NCBI GenBank assembly: GCA_010015805.1
Contig: ML978140.1
Location: 248,001-312,000 of the forward strand
DNA length: 64,000 bases
Origin: Rhizodiscina lignyota
Taxonomy: Eukaryota
Direction of reading: 5' to 3'
In this document: piece by piece, positions 60,990 to 64,000 of the stretch
Layout of the letters: each line of letters starts with the position of its first letter
How positions within the stretch are numbered: the first letter of the stretch is position 1
Made by a program: the position numbers and the translations under genes
The notes under the pieces: model-generated
The model's database searches: none
Told to the model about the DNA's origin: nothing
Seen by the model: only the letters and a program-made list of their open reading frames with translations

Positions 60990-63382
60990 TCAGATATACG
61001 TCCTTTCCGCAAAGCTCTTAATCATCCCCTCCGGACTAGCTTCGTACTCCACCAACTTCACCTCCTCCCCCTCAACCACCGTATTCGCCTGCACAAACAC
61101 CTTCCTCGGCGTCTTCTTCGCCAGCACCACCGGCCGCAGCTTAGTCTTATACCAATCGTCTACGCTTGTGATGTCCTCGTACATCTTGCTGCCCCCCGCA
61201 TAGTCCGCAGTTGCCTTGTAGACGTGCAGCTTCTGCAGATACGTATCCATGCACTTCCTCCCCACGCTCGTGATCTTTCCTCGATCGATACGCACCGTCA
61301 AATCGCTCAGGTCGTCCTTTTCGTACTCGAGCCGGCAGAAGCCCTCTTTGGCGTTCAAGAAGGTCTGCATGATCGAGAAGCGTGCCTGCATATGCGGTTG
61401 TCCCCACTTTTCGCTCTTGGGGTCCCAGAACTCCAGCGCCGCAATGCCCGCCCGCGCCATGCTGAGGAAGCCGGCGTATAGGATATCCCCCGCATCACCA
61501 TCGATACTGCCCGACTCGGTGCCGTCGCCGAACCCGAAGATCTTCAGCACCTCGAAGTCGCAGCTCAGAGCCATCGCCACGCACTCGGCCCTGCACTCTT
61601 CATAGGTTCCCGCAAGGGCGCCGAACACGGAACCCCATGTTTGGCCGGGCTTGTACCATGAGGTCACGGGCTTGCCCGTCAACGGGTTGGTCGGTGGATT
61701 GTTGACGTCGAAGTTGTACTTTCCGGGCGATGTTTCTTGCAAAAGTTTGCCGCAGCCGTGGCCGAGGAGCTCGTGCAGGCCGACTTGGACCTCGAAGGCA
61801 TCGTCGCGGCAACGACGGTAGAGATCTTGATCACTGTCGTGGATGAAGGGGATAGGTTCGTTCGGTGCCTTTGCGCTGAGCACATTGCCTAGGCTCACGT
61901 TTTTGAAGCCTTCGTTCTGGCGGACTACGTCAAAGTTCGGGATATTTATTCCAGCTGGTATTCCGCTGCCCGCAAATGTAAGGACCTCGAGGCTTGTAAA
62001 GTCCGGGCTGAGGAAGTTGTCCTTCTCAAACTCTTTGTTCCAAGGCAGCTTGGGAATCAAAGATGGCGCGGCCTCGACAAGCTTGCCGAAGGCTTTCGTG
62101 CGGTCCTGGTTGACCATCGCTACGAAGCCCTCCCACTCGCCTCTGATACCATGCGGATCGCGATATGTCTCGACGAAGCCAATGTCTGTCTCCACCATGG
62201 GACCTTTATCTTTAATCCAGTAACGCTGAGAGTCGACGTACGCGTTCATGCTTCCGGCACGGAACGATGTGACGTACTTTGCAAGCATGGACTTCTCATT
62301 GTCGTTGGCAGCGTACTTTGACGCCTGTTCAAGAGCATAAGCGATGGTCTCCATCTCTTTCTTGTAGTCACCGAACACCAACTTGACCTTCTTGCCCTTC
62401 AACTCGCCATATGGCAGCTCCCACTCCGTTTCAGGGACATCTTTGTCCTTGTCTGATGGTGAAGTTTCCGCACTTGCAATCAAGACCTCAAAGTCCCCGC
62501 CCTTCGTCTTGCGTACCCTCGTATTCTCGGGCAGAAGCTTCTTCCCCTCCAAGAAATCGCTCACAGCCGCAATCTCAGCCTTCGTGATGTCCGGACTGTC
62601 AGGATAATACGTGCTCACGTGCCCCTTGTCCGGATATCCCAAATGAAGCTTCTCCACACTGTCATCCGCGTATACCCCACCGACCTTATTTGCCTTCTCG
62701 AACAGCTCCACGCCGCCTGGAGCCACTGACGCCAATGCTTTGAACTGCCGCTCTGCCAAACGAGGGATGAACTTGGCGTCGCCGAAGGACTTGTAATTGC
62801 CACAGTTGCCGAGGAATTGAGCAGCGTAGCTGAGGAAGTCGGTCAACTCATCTTGCGAGAGGCCAGCTTCCGAGGCGAGAGAGGCCCAGTGGCCATTGCT
62901 CTGCTTGTAGAGGGCGATGAGGAGGTCGTAGATGGGCTCGGATTCTGGGGAAACTTGGCGGAGGACGACACGTGTGCCGGCGAGGGAAGCGCTGTAATCG
63001 CCTATGTCAGCTCGACCATCCTGCTTTTGAACATGAAATTCATTCGCTGTAGTGCTTACACTGATATCCAGTGTGCGTAGAGCTTCTCTTGCGTGCTGAG
63101 GGCATCGAAGTGGGGTTTGATTTTGAGCTGCACGACAGTAGGTGGGCTGTCGGCCAGGTAATGCTTGAGGGTGTCGTCGTCGATTGCCATGTTCACAGAT
63201 CTTCTGGTGCGGGAAGAGTAGGATGGATCAGATTGGATAGTTGGAAAGGCGGTGCTGTGTCGTATATCAAGCTTCAGCCTCGAGACGCGGGGCACAAAGG
63301 AAGAAGCAGGGGACAGCTGGAGCTTTGCCCCACGGGGAGCTAGCTTGAGGCTTAATTTCGAGCTTAAAGACACCTTGAACAT
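60990..63382 (-). CDS. DPP3: Dipeptidyl peptidase III (M49); exons 63382 (or 63190)-63060, 62991-60990
   Basis: HELLGH zinc motif, EECRAE, GNYKSFGD, IGFVETYRDP.G.RGEWEG, GIPAGINIPN, WGQPHMQAR. Confidence 0.96.
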
Positions 63383-64000
63383 TCGCTACCGATCAGAACT
63401 TGTCGAAGCCCCGTATGCCCGTGTTCCGACGTCTCGAGGCTGAAAAAATGGCTGGCCGGCGGGCGAGGTGTAACCTATCGTATCCTAAAGACAAGCAGCT
63501 CTCACACTACAAGGTAAGCGAGACTATCTCTGAAGGCTAGTCATACGTTTTTGGGGGTGTATTAAATCCTATCAAATCTTACAGAACTTGAATATTTTAT
63601 TCGTTATAGAAGCTATGAGCTAAAAGCCACTAGACAAGCCGTAACGCCAAAGCTAAGTAGCTCTCGTTCTTCCGGTCAAGCGAAACTTGTCTCCGAAAGT
63701 TCAAGTCCACGTTCTTAGGGATATATCTTACAATAACGCACCATTGAAAATCCGTATGCTCTATTGTCTGTTGAGGTTATACACAACAACCGCTCAATGG
63801 CCTGAACGTAGCAACTCTTTCACCGAAGCACTCTCCTCAAACCTTAATCCCTCTTTGATATCATGGCGGTAGTCCATCTTACAGTCGTCATCTGCCCAGT
63901 CCATAATCTCAGACGCCTTGCGGTTCGGGCACCGCTCTGCCATCATATCTGCAAAGTCTCGCATCAGTTGCGTGCCGCCGCCGATCTCCTCATCGCTGGC

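Noticed and set aside
1..64000. CRISPR arrays, intact transposons, rRNA, secondary-metabolite backbone genes
   Set aside because: No repeat-spacer arrays, transposase/RT motifs, rRNA sequence or PKS/NRPS domains seen.

Overview
Gene-dense, intron-containing genomic DNA from a filamentous ascomycete (Pezizomycotina-type genes; short GT-AG introns with CTRAC branch sites). I can support about 23 protein-coding loci and one intron-containing tRNA-Leu(TAG). Conserved genes: KCS1 IP6 kinase (5'-truncated), FarB/CTF1-beta, ethanolamine kinase, a CLC Cl-/H+ exchanger, a YUCCA-like FMO, PKC1, a second Zn2Cys6 factor, TMA17, verprolin, an AGP2-like permease, RPL35, GOS1, ATP10, ACL4 and DPP3. The 33-45 kb stretch looks accessory. 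It holds a phosphate transporter broken by one in-frame TAA, a divergent isochorismatase-family/MFS pair whose shared promoter has four Leu3-type CCGG-N2-CCGG sites, and a head-to-head pair of an 8-exon CorA-like membrane protein and a ~95-aa tandem zinc-finger micro-gene that the ORF track misses. Other highlights are a 115-codon AUG-less in-frame extension on the second Zn2Cys6 factor (candidate non-AUG initiation) and a GFA gene with a GC-AG intron plus a frameshift. All calls are by eye from motifs; no database searches were run.
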